A stretch of DNA of 62,944 bases, the filler included, from Pelomyxa schiedti (taxonomy: Eukaryota; Protista; Evosea), in NCBI GenBank assembly GCA_020536535.1. It is 7 parts of 7 records of this genome, joined end to end, with 100 filler letters (N's around TTAATTAATTAA, not from the genome) between each part and the next. Parts side by side here need not be neighbours in the genome. Positions count along the whole stretch, not along the records: positions 22,397 to 48,507 come from JAHLWZ010000760.1; 6 more parts are not named here. The stretch is one strand, 5' to 3'. Positions 36,989 to 48,607 of the stretch are shown here, piece after piece; the first letter of the stretch is position 1; every line of letters begins with the position of its first letter. The translations under genes were made by a program, and so were the position numbers. The notes under the pieces are model-generated. The model was not told the origin of the DNA. It did not search any database and saw only the letters and a list, made by a program, of their open reading frames with translations.

Positions 36989-39795
36989 TTACGTCTGTGC
37001 TATCTTGACAGTGTTGTGGTTGTAAATGTTTACAGCAGGATACAAACCCAGTGGGACGTTGTTCACTGTTGCAGTTGCGTTGTTGTGTCGTGGCCATGTT
37101 GCAGTGAGCGTGAGTGTGCGTGCGTCATACCAGAACATAACATCCTCACTGCCCCCGCTGGCTCTGAACGTGGGTGTGCTGCCTGGGAAACGCCAGGAGT
37201 CATTGTTTGTGCTCCAGCCATACATACTGTACGGATCCACTGCGTTTTGGTTCACCGGCCTCTGAATGAGTCCATAGGAAACCCAGTGGTATCCATCTGC
37301 TTCCTTGAGGTCAGAGATTGAGAATTGCCACTCATACACGCGGTCAGGATCAGAGAGCTGTGTGGTGGCTGTCACTGTCGATTGTCGGTGTTGGTGGGGG
37401 CTGGATACTGGCTTGTGCACGATTGACTTGTCATTTGGTGGGATCACAAGGAGGTTACCGCAGCACCCTGTGTCCCACTCCCATGTTGTTGTATCTATTT
37501 TGGTGAGGAAGTGATTGATGGGTTGAACAACAAACGGCAACACACCAAAAAGCAGAGTGGATGAAACATGTTGACCGGCAACTGTGAGAGTCAATGTTGC
37601 TTGGTCGTAATTGTTGTCTCGGGCTTGTGGTGGTGGCACTGTGCACATGATTACAGTGTGTGGGTGTGTCACCTCTATGTTGAAGCACATTAGTCCTGTG
37701 TGTTTTTGGAATCAGATAATCAGATGAAGATAAATGGAGTGTATCACACCATTGACACACACTGTTATTTCATGGGGTGAGGTTCCAAACCCACGACCTG
37801 TGATTGTTACCCTCTCACCTTGTCGATGAACCCTTGTGACGTTCTGAATCTCCGGTCCTGTGTGTGCCTGTTGTGAGATTTTTCTTGAGGTTGAAAAGCA
37901 CAACAAACCTGGGAATGAGAACCTCGTGTCATTTGGCCTGTGAGCAGGAGCCCCAAACACAGAGAGTGACACAGGGAGGTCACATCCAACACCACAATCT
38001 GGCAAAGTGAAAGTGAGAACCGAGCCAGGAGTGACAATGTTCACGTTTGTGCACTCGGATTCACCAACTCGCACTTGAATGTCTTGGTTCTTTGCCGACG
38101 GTGCCCACTGTCCACACAGTGTCACTGAACGTACTCCTGTTACTCTGGCGTCGGCTGTTGTTTCCTCCTTGATGCATTCAAGCACTGGTCCTGTGTTTTT
38201 ATCAGATAATAAGCGGGGGAAATGAAGCAACCAACCAGTTGAGATGTAACAGAGGCCAGGAATCATTGATTTGAAGGGTTCAATGTCATCAGTGCGACAA
38301 CTCAAATTTGCACTGACACAGGGTGTCAAGTTCTCCGGTTTGCATTCAACTTGCTGTTTTCCTTTGCGTAAGAGCGTGGGGATGTGTCCCGCAAGTTAGG
38401 TTGTTGAAATAACAATTACCCTCAGGATGACAGTGAGCGAATCACAAGATTCGATGATTTTAAAGGGATCACCAGTCTTCAGGATTGATTCAAACTTGGA
38501 TTTGAAATTCTCAACGTGCATCACTCCCGCTGTGATGCTCTCAAGTTGCTTTGACAACTCACATGCTGTTTTTAAAAACAAATGTCAAAAAAAAAAAAAA
38601 AAAAGTGAAAGGGAAAGAGAACTAGTGGACACGCACTCTTGGAGGATGCAATTGACCTTGACAACGAAAGCAGTTCCTCTTGTCTTCTTTGCAATCTTGA
38701 AATCATCTCACTGAATTCCCAGCTGACTTTTTCCTCAAACTCACTGTGAACCTTGTTGTTTTTGAATTGGTTGAAAGAAAGAAATACATGCATTCAAAAA
38801 AACCTGTTTCACATTTGAGATCACTGGCTCAATGGACTTTGCACTCAAGCTCAAATCTGTTTGCAATTTGGTGAGTTTCTGCACAAAGGCCTCAACACTC
38901 GATTTCTTGGTGCTGCACAAATCTTCCACAGTCGAAATGTTGTGCCCCTTCAATGCGAAATCAGCAAAATGAGCGAAGGTAGGAACAAACAAACCTTGTG
39001 GGAAGATGAGAACGAGCATGTCGGGCAAATGAATGTGCCATCACTCTCACAGAACAAGTCCAGTTGAAGCCGGTGCTTCTCACACATCATCCTTCCTGTT
39101 TGTTCATCAGATAAATAAAAAACAAGTGAGAGAGGGGTTGGATTGCCTTCGGGTGCCGGATCCACGACAGCAGACACAGGGTCACATTTCACATGTGACA
39201 CCGAACCAGGAGCCCAGTGTAAGTTGGACCAACAAGATTCACAGAAAAACATTGGGGAACCCCCGCCCAGTGTCCTCGTGCACTCCTTGCACCAGTACTT
39301 GGCACTCACTCCCATAACTCCCATCGCTGTGCACTTGCTGCAACTCATCACGACGCCACCGCCACTGGTGGCCCTGTTCGCTGCGAATTTGGCTGCTGCA
39401 TCTGCCGATGGTGGTGATTTGTTGGGGGGCGTCAGTTCGCGCACTGTGGCGTCCCTTGTGGCCCCGCACACGCCGCACCACACTCGCAACGCGGCTGCCG
39501 ACGTCGGCGAGTTGCGGTCCCCATCCCCAGGAACACCGCCGCCGCCGCCGGTTGCCGCACCCTGACGCGAAATGGAGGATTGTGGGATGTCCCTCGAGAA
39601 CGTGACGATTGCTTCGCTGCAATCGCCACACACCACGTGGCCACACCCTGGCTCAACAACAACATGGTGACCACCACCACCACGCTCCGACGACGACACG
39701 TTGGGTTGTTCGATTATGGGATCCCTGCACACACTGCATCGTCTTTGTTGTTGTTGGTGTGTTGATGGTGGTGCGGCGGTTGTCACCCCTGCCAT
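36989..39795 (-). CDS. TRIM-like protein A: RING-Bbox1-Bbox2-coiled coil-IPT-IPT-PRY/SPRY
   Basis: RING CSVC..CGHVVCGDC..CGVC. B-box1 CSKC..CKEC..CESC..H..H. B-box2 CEKH..LFCESD..ICPTC..HKGH. Heptad exons. IPT VTITGRGFG. SPRY WD..YEW..YGL..YGW..YD..LYPAV. Confidence 0.82.
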
Positions 39796-39966
39796 TGAAG
39801 CAACAATTTTATGTGAAAATCAGGAATTCATCAGTCGAAGTAAAAGAATCCCTGTTCTCTGGTTGTAAATACTGGGCACACCACTTGGTACTTTGTTCAC
39901 TGTTGCACTTTGCAACTGTGGGAGACGATAGTGAAGTAGTTTCTGAGCCTCAGAAACCGGAAAAAA

Positions 39967-41415
39967 ATGTTTGATGGTGCCGGTGACGCACTGGAGCGGT
40001 ACACCACAGCCAAATCGCAAGTCCTGGCCATGCTATGTTCTGCAGTTGGGTCGTTGAGTGCCCATAACTTTAGCACACAAAACAAAACTGATGTAGAAGT
40101 GACGATACTTACAAACAAAAAAACAAAATACAGACACACACGCAGTGGCAGCAGTGACGACGAAAGTGGCGACAACGAAGACGACGTCCACATGGACGCG
40201 TGGAGGCCGACAACGCATCCCGTCCCATCATTGATTTCTTGGGTGCGCTCAGCTGATTTGTTCAGGGAGTGGGCTGAGAACTGGGTTCTGAGGCCTGACC
40301 AAGAGGCCGTGTTCTTGCCATTGAAGCACTCGCCTCAGGGATGTGGCTCCGTGACTGCGTGGTACTTGTATGTCAGTGTGTCACCAACACTGGGTGTCAT
40401 TGACCACTTCTGGAACCACTGTGACCGCAAGAACAGGGTGTGTGGGTGCGTGGGGCACAACAGGCTGCTGGTCTCCACCCCGAGTACAGAGAATGATTGT
40501 GTGGATTACTACATTGAGCATGCTTCACCTGGGAGTACCACTCCCTCGCAGTTTGTGTGGTCACTGGAAGGTTGTGCTGCTGCTGTGGACATTCCTGTGG
40601 CGAAGTGCAACACAAAGTGGATTGTGATATACGCTGGGCTGTATGAGCAGCTTCATGTGTGGAGGGTGGTTGGTGGAAGTGCTGTTGGAACAAGGGTGGT
40701 GCTGAGTACCAATTGTGATTTGCTCAAGGTCAACAAGCCTGATGGTTCAAAGCTCAAATATGCAACACTTGAGTTCTGCCTATTACATGACAATACCCTG
40801 ATGATATATACATCTTATAAGCCCCCAGAGAATCCAATTGAGTCTGACAAGCAAGGCAACCCACCCAGACAAGCCCCTTTGAGCAGAGCTACCTTTGTTG
40901 ATTTGGAGGAAAGCCACAGGGAAAACCACTTTGTTTTTTCATCAAAGCCCCTTGACTTTGATGATCCCTTTACAGCAGCAGTGATGAGAAATCCAGGTGG
41001 TACCCTGAACTATACTTTACACTATACCTCGCAGTGGATGACACAGTGCTCTTTCTACTTGAAACATGGCACTACCTCCCAGAAGTCACCACGGTTCCCA
41101 CAGGGGTCCCAAGTCAGCCAAATTGGCCCTATGCACCTGGTTGTTTTCTGTCCTGTGTCTGCACACAAAGATACCCTGTTTAGTGTTTACAACATAGAAA
41201 ATGACATGACTTCCCTCTGTGTTCCCTGCACTTGGGCCTCACCCAGCATCCAGCAACCATCAAGCCTTATTCTAGCAACAAGTTACCATCAACCATTTCC
41301 TTCAGAACCTACAGAAATGCATCTATCACTGCACGAGGGTGTCACTGGTGTGTGCCTTGGAATGTTCTCTTTTGTGGTGAACCCTGATTTTTTTCTCTCC
41401 ATGGACTTGGTGTAA
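39967..41415 (+). CDS. 'ARAQFVALACG' family member 4 (divergent, complete, 482 aa)
   Basis: AKSQVLAMLC, ENWVL, VSVSPTLGV, CNTKWIV, HVWRV and TFVDL match the family motifs. Confidence 0.75.
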   Translation: MFDGAGDALERYTTAKSQVLAMLCSAVGSLSAHNFSTQNKTDVEVTILTNKKTKYRHTRSGSSDDESGDNEDDVHMDAWRPTTHPVPSLISWVRSADLFREWAENWVLRPDQEAVFLPLKHSPQGCGSVTAWYLYVSVSPTLGVIDHFWNHCDRKNRVCGCVGHNRLLVSTPSTENDCVDYYIEHASPGSTTPSQFVWSLEGCAAAVDIPVAKCNTKWIVIYAGLYEQLHVWRVVGGSAVGTRVVLSTNCDLLKVNKPDGSKLKYATLEFCLLHDNTLMIYTSYKPPENPIESDKQGNPPRQAPLSRATFVDLEESHRENHFVFSSKPLDFDDPFTAAVMRNPGGTLNYTLHYTSQWMTQCSFYLKHGTTSQKSPRFPQGSQVSQIGPMHLVVFCPVSAHKDTLFSVYNIENDMTSLCVPCTWASPSIQQPSSLILATSYHQPFPSEPTEMHLSLHEGVTGVCLGMFSFVVNPDFFLSMDLV

Positions 41416-41478
41416 AATTTGCACATTAAACACAAACACAAAACCACATAAAAATCTGGTTACAAAGGATTTTTTTGT

Positions 41479-41862
41479 ATCACAACCAATGCCGAGCTCG
41501 GAAGTGGGTTTTGGACTGTGGCCCTCGCAGTGGCATCGAATTGGGGTGCCCTAACTTGTCAAATGCTTGTAACAGAAAGCGCTTCCCGAGGGTGAAAGCA
41601 CCCAAATTGTCTGAGTTTGCCAGTAAAATGTGGGCCTTGAACAAAAGTGTGCATACAGTTCTGTGCGTCTCTGTGTGAGGATTACAGCTCACAGCATTTC
41701 AGGGCAGACATCGGCACTGTCCAGGAGTTATAATCAAGGAAAGGAAACAAAAAAGGAAATTTGCACCATTCTCCCCCAGTGCCACTTCATCACAACCAAT
41801 GCCGAGCTCGGAAGTGGGTTTTGGACTGTGGCCCTCGCAGTGGCATCGAATTGGGGTGCCCT
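41479..41862. repeat. 74-bp exact direct repeat (41479-41552 and 41789-41862)
   Basis: ATCACAACCAATGCCGAGCTCGG...GGGGTGCCCT occurs twice, 310 bp apart. Confidence 0.9.
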
Positions 41863-41959
41863 GCTTTTGTTTTTTGAACTCCACCCAAAAGTGGCTCCCT
41901 GTGGTCACACACTTTTGGGTGGTTTCCTTTCTATTGACAAAAACACTTTTTTTAATTTT

Positions 41960-44900
41960 TTAGCTGCTCTCAATGCCAGTTATCTTGACAGTGTTGTGGT
42001 CGTACACTTCAACAGCTGGGTAGAGACCCCTTGGGATGTTGTTTACTGTTGCTGTTGTGTTGCCATGTAGTGGCCACTGTGCACTGAGTGTGAGTGTGTG
42101 TGCATTGTATCTTAGTGTAACTTCCTCTGTCCCACCAGTGGCTTTGAACCCCAGTGTGCCTGAAGGTAGCCTGTAGCATGGTTTGGCTGTTGACCAGCAG
42201 TACATGTCAGAGTACAGAGAGAGGTTGTGGTCAACAGGCTTCTGAATGACCCCATATGCAACCCACTGGTCTCCCTTTAGGCCAGAGATTGATAGGTGCC
42301 ACTCATACATGTGGTCACCAACTAGCTGTGTTGTAGCTGCAACTATTGATTGTGCATTTTGTGTCCGGCTGGATGTTGGCTTGTGAACTGTTGACTTGTC
42401 ATCTGACTGGATCACAAGGAGGTTTCCACAGCACTCAGTGTCCCACTCCCATGTCTCTGTTGCAGTGTGAGGTTTGAAACTTAGTTGAAGTTTCATACCA
42501 AAAGATACAGTGGATGATGCATGTTGACCAGCAACTGTCAGAGTCATCATGGCTTGTTTTGTGTTGGCATGTGGTGGTCGTGGCACTGTGCATGTGATGC
42601 AAGTGTGGGGCTGTGAAACTTCAACGTTTGTGCACAGAGCACCTGACTTCCATCAATTGTAAAAGCACCAAACACAACACATACCATTGACAGAAACAGT
42701 AATTACACTTGGTGAGGTACCAAATCCATTCCCTGTGATTGTGATCTTCCCTCCAAATTGGGGAGCCTTGGATACACTCCGAATCTCCGGTCCTATTTGG
42801 GTGATGACTCAGTTGCAGAAAGAAAGGGTTTAAGACACAGCAAACCTGGGAAAGAGAACCTGGTGTCATTTGGCCTGTCGGCTTGGATTCCAAACACAGA
42901 GAGTGAAACAGGGAGGTCATGGCCAATTCCTCCAAAGGGAGGCATGAAGGTAAGAACCGAGCCAGTAGAGACAATGTTGATGTTTGTGCACTCAGATTCA
43001 CCAACTCGCACTCTAATGTCTTGGTTCATTGCAGTTGGTGACCACCACCCACACAATGTGATATTTACAGAACCTCCACCTTTTGCACCTGTGGGTTGCA
43101 CTTCCTCCTTGGTGCATGCCAGTACTGGTCCTAAAAGTTGTTGGTTGAAAGTATTTACAAAGGACACTGGAGAAAAGACAAACTAGGTGAAATGAAACAC
43201 AGGCCAGGAATTTTCGACTTGAAGGGTTCAATGTCATTAGCAGAGGTAACAGTTGTACCGGTACAGGGTGACAAGTGTTCAGGTTTGCATACAAGTTGCT
43301 GTGTGATTTTAATGCTAAGCAGATTAAACAACAAGGAAAATACCTTGAGGATTCCAGGAATGGATTCACACAACTCAAGGATCTTGCCACCATCACAGAT
43401 TCTCAAAGTGGATGAACACTTTGACTTATACTTGTCAATGTGCTCGAGTGCCACAGAAAGAATTTCTAGTTGCTTTGACAAGGCACCAACTGTGGTGATA
43501 GGTGTGTATTAAAACAAAAAGAGTGATTCTCAGAACACACACTTTTAGAGGATGCTATTGCCCCAGAGGTTGAAAGTAGTTCCTCCTGTCTTCTTTGTAA
43601 TTGTGCAATCATGTCACTGAATTCCCTGTTGATAGTTTCATCAAACTGGCTCTGAACCTTTGTGCTTCTGGTTAAGGGTTTGTTGGAAGTGGGGAAGGAG
43701 AACCAGCTTGATTTTTTCTGTCTCAGATTTGATTGAAACAGCCAACAAATTCAGATCCACTTCCAGTTTTGACAGTTGTCCAAAGAACGCCTTTGGGCTT
43801 GGTTGATTTCTAAGAGTCAAGTCTTCAACTGAGACAACATGATGTCCCTTGTTCCGAGTCAGATTCGATTAAATTAGTGCTGATGATAACCTTGTGGGAG
43901 GAATGGAAGACACATCTTGAGCAAATAAATGTACTGTCGGTTACACAGAATACATCAAGTGGAAGCTGATGACTTTCACACATCCTCACACCTGTGTAAA
44001 GGATGTCGTGTTAGTATTGGAATGACCTGTGTGTCTGTGTCTTGTAATGTTTTAACATAAGAAAAGAAAGATTACAACCTGTAGACTCAGCCACAACAAC
44101 GGTAGGAGCAGAAAGAGGATCAGACTTGGCATGAGACCTCATGCAGGGTGCCCAATGAGCCTTTGACCAGCACGGTTCACAGTACAGCATCTTTTCTCCT
44201 CCAGAGGATGCCTTTGTGCACTCCCTGCACATGAACCTGGCAGCGACCTCAGCGTGCCCAGATGCCTGGCACATCATGCAAACCGCAACAGCAGAAGCAG
44301 AAGCGGAAGCAGCAGAGGAAGAAGAAGAAGAAGGTGCAGAAGCAGATACAGAAGCAACTGTTCTCCTCCTCTTTGGGGTTGTTGGTGCTGGCGTGCCGCT
44401 CTCTGCCGATGTGTCTCCTCCTTCTCTTTCTTCCTCGTCATTGTTTGCTACAACTACGTCCATCACAGCAGGGTCCGGTTCTGGTGGCTCCAGTTGCCGT
44501 ATCGTCGCGCTCCTTGTGCACCCGCACACGGGGCACCACAGCTCGATGGCTTCACCTGGCGTCTCCACCACAACGCCACCGGTGCTCAGACCACCCGCAC
44601 CCTCTGTTGTCAACGACGGATACAACACCGACGACGAAGAGGAGGCGCTGGAGGAGGAGGAAGAGGAGGGGGAGGGGGAGGGGCAAGGAGCGGGGATCGT
44701 TGGGGGTGGGGGTGATGACGAAGAGGAGGGGGAGGAGGAGGAGGAGGAGGAGGAGTACCTTGGGAAGTCCCTCGAGAAAGTGATTACGGCGTCGCTGCAG
44801 GCGCGGCACACGGGGTGCCCGCACGACGGGGCGAGGCGGCCCACCGGCGACAACGGACCTCGCGAGGCGGAGGCGGTCCCCTCCCCCTCTGGCGGCGAAG

Positions 44901-45045
44901 GGGAGGCCGAGGCGGAGGGAGGGGTACCCCCGACGGGCGGGGGCGGCGGGGGCACAGCGGCCGGGACGAGGAGGAGGGGATCCAGGCACACGGAGCAACG
45001 GATTGTGTTGTTGTGTGCGCCCCTGCTTGTTGTGAGCCCCGCCAT
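41960..45045 (-). CDS. TRIM-like protein B (most divergent complete copy)
   Basis: Same domain order and similar intron positions. RING CSVC..CGHPVCRAC..CPVC carries long Ser/Pro inserts. B-box2 CESH..VFCVTD..ICSRC..HKGH. Confidence 0.82.
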
Positions 45046-45085
45046 TCGTCTGTGGCTGGATAATTGATTTATGCTAAGAAACGGG

Positions 45086-48000
45086 TTACACCGATGCTAT
45101 CTTGACAGTGTTGTGGTTGTAAATGATCACAGCAGGATACAAGCCCCTTGGGACGTTGTTCACCGTTGCGGTTGCGTTGTTGTGTCGCGGCCACGTTGCA
45201 GTGAGCGTGAGTGTGCGTGCGTCATACCGGAACATAACATCCTCAGTGCCCCCGCTGGCTCTGAACTTGGGTGTGCTGCCTGGTATACTCCAGGAGCCAT
45301 TGTCTGTGCTCCAGCCATACATGAGGTGATCGCTTTTGTCCAACGGCCTCTGAATGAGTCCGTAGGCAACCCAGTGGTATCCCTCCTCGAGGTCAGAGAT
45401 TGAGAGGCGCCACTCATACACGCGGTCAGGATCAGAGAGCTGTGTGGTGGCTGTCACTGTTGATTGTGGGTATTGTTGGGGGCTGGATACTGGCTTGTGC
45501 ACGATTGACTTGTCATTTGGTGGGATCACAAGGAGGTTACCGCAGCACCCTGTGCTCCACTCCCATGTTGTTGTATCTAGTTTGGTGAGGAAGTGATTGA
45601 TGGGTGAACAACAAATGGAAACACACCAAAAAGCGGAAGAGTGGATGAAACATGTTGACCGGCAACTGTGAGAGTCAATGTTGCTTGGTTGGAGTTGTTG
45701 TCTCGGGGCTGTGGTGGCACTGTGCACGTGATGACGGTGTGTGGGTGCGTCACCTCTACGTTGAGGCACTTGACTCCTGTGTTTTGGAATCAGATAATCA
45801 GATGAAGATAAATGAGTGTAACACACCATTGACACACACTGTTATTTCACGGGGTGAGGTTCCAAACCCACGACCTGTGATTGTTACCCTCCCACCTTGT
45901 TGACGACCCCTTGTGATGTTCTGAATCTCTGGTCCTGTGTGTGCCTGTTGTGAGATTTTTCTTGAGGTTGAAAAGAACAACAAACCTGGGAATGAGAACC
46001 TCGTGTCATTTGGCCTGTGAGCAGGAGTCCCAAGCACAGAGAGGAACACAGGGAGGTCACATCCAACACCACAATCTGGCAACGTGAAAGTGAGAACCGA
46101 GCCAGGAGTGACAATGTTCACGTTTGCGCACTCGGATTCACCAACTCGCACTTGAATGTCTTGGTTCTTTGCCGGCAGTGCCCAGTGTCCACACAGGGTA
46201 ACCGAACGTTCTCCTGTTCCTCTGGCGTCTGCTGTTGTTTCCTTCTTGATGCATTCAAGCACTGGTCCTGTGTTTTTTATTCAGAACAGCGAGTTGGGGG
46301 AAGTGAAGCAACCAACCAGTTGAGATGTAACAGAGGCCAGGAATCTTTGATTTGAAGGGTTCAATGTCATCAGTGCAACAACTCAAAGTTGCACTGACAC
46401 AGGGTGTCAAGTGCTCCGGTTTGCATTCAATTTGCTGTTTTCCTTTGCGTAAGAGTGTGGGAATGTGTCCCGCAAGTTAGGAGATTGAAATAACAATTAC
46501 CTTCAGGATTACACCAACTAAGTCACAAGATTCGATGATTTTAAAGGGATCATCAGTCTTCAGAATTGCCTCAAACTTGGATTTGAAATTCTCAATGTGC
46601 ATCACTCCCGCTGTGATGCTCTCAAGTTGCTTTGACAACTCACATGCTGTTTTTAAAAACAAATGTCAAAAAAAAAAAAAGTGAAAGAGAAAGACTGTCG
46701 ACACACACTCTTGGAGGATGCAATTGACCTTGACAAAGAAAGCAGTTCCTCTTGTCTTCTTTGCAATCTTGAAATTATCTCATTGAATTCCCGGCTCACT
46801 TTTTCTTCAAACTCACTGTGAACCTTGTTGTTTTTGAATTGGTTGAAAGAAAGAAATACATGCATTCAAAAAAACCTGTTTCACATTCGAGATCACCGGC
46901 TCAATGGACTTTGCACTCAAGCTCAAATCCATTTGCAATTTGGTGAGTTTCTGCACAAAGGCCTCAACACTCGATTTCTTGGTGCTGCACAAGTCTTCCA
47001 CAGTCGAAATGTTGTGCCCCTTCAATGCGAAATCAGCAAAATGAGCGAAGGTAGGAACAAACAAACCTTGTGGGAAGATGAGAACGAGCATGTCGGGCAA
47101 ATGAATGTGCCATCACTCTCACAGAACAAGTCCAGTTGAAGCCGGTGCTTCTCACACATCATCCTTCCTGTTTGTTCATCAGATTACAACACAAATGAGA
47201 GAAGGATTGGATTACGTTCGGGTGCCGGATCCGCCACAGCAGACACTGGGTCACATTTCACATGTGCCGCCAACCCAGGAGCCCAATGAGTGTTGGACCA
47301 ACAAGATTCGCAGAAAAACATCAGGGAACTCCCTCCAAATATCTTCGTGCACTCCCTGCACCAGTACTTGGCACTCACTCCCATAACTCCCATCGCTGTG
47401 CACTTGCTGCAACTGGTGCTGCTGTTCGCTGTGTGTTTGGTTGTTGCATCTGCCGATGATGGTGGTGATTCGTTGTGCGGGGGCGTCAGTTGGCGCACTG
47501 TGGCGTCCCTTGTGGCCCCGCACACGCCGCACCACACTCGCAACGCGGCTGCCGACGTCGGCGAGTTGCGGTCCCCATCCCCAGGACCGCCGCCGCCTGT
47601 GCCACTTCCACGTTTTGTGGCCGAACCCCCCCGCGAGGCAGAGGATTGTGGGATGTCCCTCGAGAACGTGACGATGGCTTCGCTGCAATCGCCACACACC
47701 ACGTGCCCACACCCTGGCTCAACAACAACATGGTGACCGCCACGACCACCACGACACGCCGNNNNNNNNNNNNNNNNNNNNNNNNNNNNNNNNNNNNNNN
47801 NNNNNNNNNNNNNNNNNNNNNNNNNNNNNNNNNNNNNNNNNNNNNNNNNNNNNNNNNNNNNGAGGATTGTGGGATGTCCCTCGAGAACGTGACGATGGCT
47901 TCGCTGCAATCGCCACACACCACGTGCCCACACCCTGGCTCAACAACAACATGGTGACCGCCACGACCACCACGACACGCCGACGACGACACGTTGGGTT

Positions 48001-48106
48001 GTTCGGTTATGGGATCCCTGCACACACTGCATCGTCTTTGTTGTTGTTGTGTTGGTGGTGGTGGTGCCAACACAGCAGATGCAACACCCGTTGTCACCCC
48101 TGCCAT
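45086..48106 (-). CDS. TRIM-like protein C (close paralog of A)
   Basis: Highly similar to A including introns. The N gap at 47762-47861 has duplicated flanks. Confidence 0.82.
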
Positions 48107-48156
48107 CGAAAGGACACCACAATTTTACGTTAAAATCAATATTTTGTTTTTTTTCA

Positions 48157-48507
48157 TCAGTCGACGTCAATCATCCCTGTTATTTTGACAGTGTTGTGGT
48201 TGTGAATACTTACAGCGGGATACAGGCCACTTGGCACGTTGTTCACTGTTGCGCTCCTCAACTGGAGTCCCTGCGCTGTCCACGTCGCAGAGAGCGAGAG
48301 TGCTCGCGGGTCATACCTCAGTGTAACTTCCTCACTGCCGCCCGTGGCCTGGAACGCGGGTGTGGTCAGTGGTAGCCTCATGTGCTTGCCGTCCGTTGTC
48401 CAGCCGTAAATGTCCCTGTACTGCAGTTCGCTGTTGTCAAGCGGCCTCGGCATCACTCCGTAGGACACGAGCTTGTCTTGGTGCTCTCCCTTGAGCCCGG
48501 AGATTGA
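48157..48507 (-). CDS. TRIM-like protein D, SPRY C-terminus only (contig end)
   Basis: ISGLKGEHQDKLVSYGVMPRP..YGWTTD..YDPRALSLSATW..LYPAVSIHNHNTVKI. Confidence 0.72.
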   Translation of the reverse strand, partial: SISGLKGEHQDKLVSYGVMPRPLDNSELQYRDIYGWTTDGKHMRLPLTTPAFQATGGSEEVTLRYDPRALSLSATWTAQGLQLRSATVNNVPSGLYPAVSIHNHNTVKITGMIDVD

Positions 48508-48607
48508 NNNNNNNNNNNNNNNNNNNNNNNNNNNNNNNNNNNNNNNNNNNNTTAATTAATTAANNNNNNNNNNNNNNNNNNNNNNNNNNNNNNNNNNNNN
48601 NNNNNNN

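Noticed and set aside
44216-45067. 283-aa Glu/Gly-rich + strand ORF and similar antisense ORFs (17185, 27340, 39143)
   Set aside because: Shadows of GC-rich low-complexity exons on the opposite strand.
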